DNA from: a virus
IMG/VR virus record: IMGVR_UViG_3300027498_000003
Coordinates: 60,637-124,636 of that record
Strand: one strand, 5' to 3'
DNA length: 64,000 nucleotides
Part shown: piece by piece, positions 63,161-64,000 of the stretch
Position numbering within the stretch: position 1 is the first letter of the stretch
Layout: each line of letters starts with the position of its first letter
The notes under the pieces: generated by a model
Databases searched by the model: none
The model's input: only the letters and a program-made list of their open reading frames with translations
What the model was told of the DNA's origin: nothing
Position numbers and translations under genes: made by a program

Positions 63161-63706
63161 ATGAGTAAATCAGTTTTAGATCAGTTCACAGCTGAACAAT
63201 TAGCAGAAATTACAGAAGCGTTAGCACCTGTAGTAAAAGAGACTAAGACCGTAAAAGAGGTATTTAGCCCTCTTAAGGATAGTATGGTCAAAGAGTATAA
63301 ACGATTTGACAAACTTGTCAAAGCTTACTTCCGTTTAGGTCTTCACGATGCCCTATACAAGGACATTGACAGCTTGAAGTATCACAATAAGCAACTTAGT
63401 GATATGTTCTTCGCTTTCGGAGCCGATGACATAAGCAAAGTAGCAAGCATGTTGCGTCAGATATTCCAATTGAACTACTTTAGAGTACCAAGTACTCCAG
63501 TTCAATTTGTCAACGAGCTTAAAGCTTTATTGACTTCTAAAGAAGCTAAAAAGAGATCAACTACACTAACATTCGAGAGAGTCGTTAATATCGACGACGA
63601 TCTTTTCGGTCTTGGTAACTTTCGAGCTGATAGCTATAAGGTGAAGCACTCTTTCGAATTCAGTCAAGATACCGTAAAAGCTATCTTTGAAGCGTATACA
63701 AGCTAA
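63161..63706 (+). CDS. Hypothetical (probable early) protein, 181 aa
   Basis: Long clean ORF after the non-coding region and promoter. Confidence 0.7.
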   Translation: MSKSVLDQFTAEQLAEITEALAPVVKETKTVKEVFSPLKDSMVKEYKRFDKLVKAYFRLGLHDALYKDIDSLKYHNKQLSDMFFAFGADDISKVASMLRQIFQLNYFRVPSTPVQFVNELKALLTSKEAKKRSTTLTFERVVNIDDDLFGLGNFRADSYKVKHSFEFSQDTVKAIFEAYTS

Positions 63707-63709
63707 TTA

Positions 63710-64000
63710 CATGCGTTAACGGTCGCATAACCGTAAAGCGTTCAACATAGGGTTGGACGTTGGCCCAATAGTAAATTTGCGAATAATATAGTATTCGATT
63801 TTTGCTTGTCGTCACCTTGAAAAATTCCATAGGTGCAAGATTCAAAAGTGAATCTTTGGGATGGTCAAATCTTAGTAATTGCATTCACTGGCAAAGGTGT
63901 ATCACTGGAGCCGTTCAACTGGATGCATAGCAATTGTCTTTTAAAGGTGTATCACTGGATTAAGATAGCGACGTTCTAAGGTTTTGCAGCCGTAACAAAG
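63710..64000 (+). ncRNA. Putative structured RNA: tandem hairpins with the repeated motif AAAGGTGTATCACTGGA
   Basis: No plus-strand ORF, at least five adjacent stem-loops, exact 17-nt repeats at 63893 and 63943. Confidence 0.4.

Noticed and set aside
1-64000. Stop-codon reassignment (TAG=Gln or TGA=Trp), as in some crAss-like phages
   Set aside because: All long structural genes are uninterrupted under the standard code, and TAG and TGA end genes at tight junctions (e.g. 54751, 53884).
63844-64000. Bona fide CRISPR array
   Set aside because: Only two exact 17-nt repeats (shorter than CRISPR repeats), no cas genes, and the spacers base-pair around the repeats; kept instead as a structured-RNA finding.

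Overview
This window is a 64-kb segment of a crAss-like (Crassvirales-type) phage that probably infects an environmental Bacteroidota host; an IPTL-CTERM protein hints at Saprospirales. Bases 1-46915 are a minus-strand late operon: terminase large subunit, portal, scaffold-like protein, major capsid protein, ring, hub and muzzle tail proteins, two IHF/HU-like genes and three putative ejected (cargo) proteins. The last cargo gene is a >905-aa ORF that runs off the left edge, is missing from the supplied track and carries a lysozyme-like domain. Inside the tail module lies about 17 kb of very cysteine-rich fibre or appendage genes (1774, 1158, 1019 and 470 aa and smaller), one with a 273-bp perfect internal duplication. 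The cargo proteins, by contrast, are essentially Cys-free. An intact IS200/IS605 element (tnpA plus tnpB, about 48106-49721) sits almost silently at a stop/start gene junction. Bases 50383-63706 are mostly plus-strand early/middle genes: RNase H, RuvC-like resolvase, a membrane-anchored metzincin, a SET-domain fusion, an MmcB-like nuclease, an IPTL-CTERM-sorted surface protein and many small hypothetical proteins. These are followed by a tRNA-Cys(GCA), an 800-bp strand-skewed non-coding region and a hairpin-rich putative ncRNA with a repeated 17-nt motif at the right edge. All family assignments come from motif recognition and synteny by eye; no searches were run.
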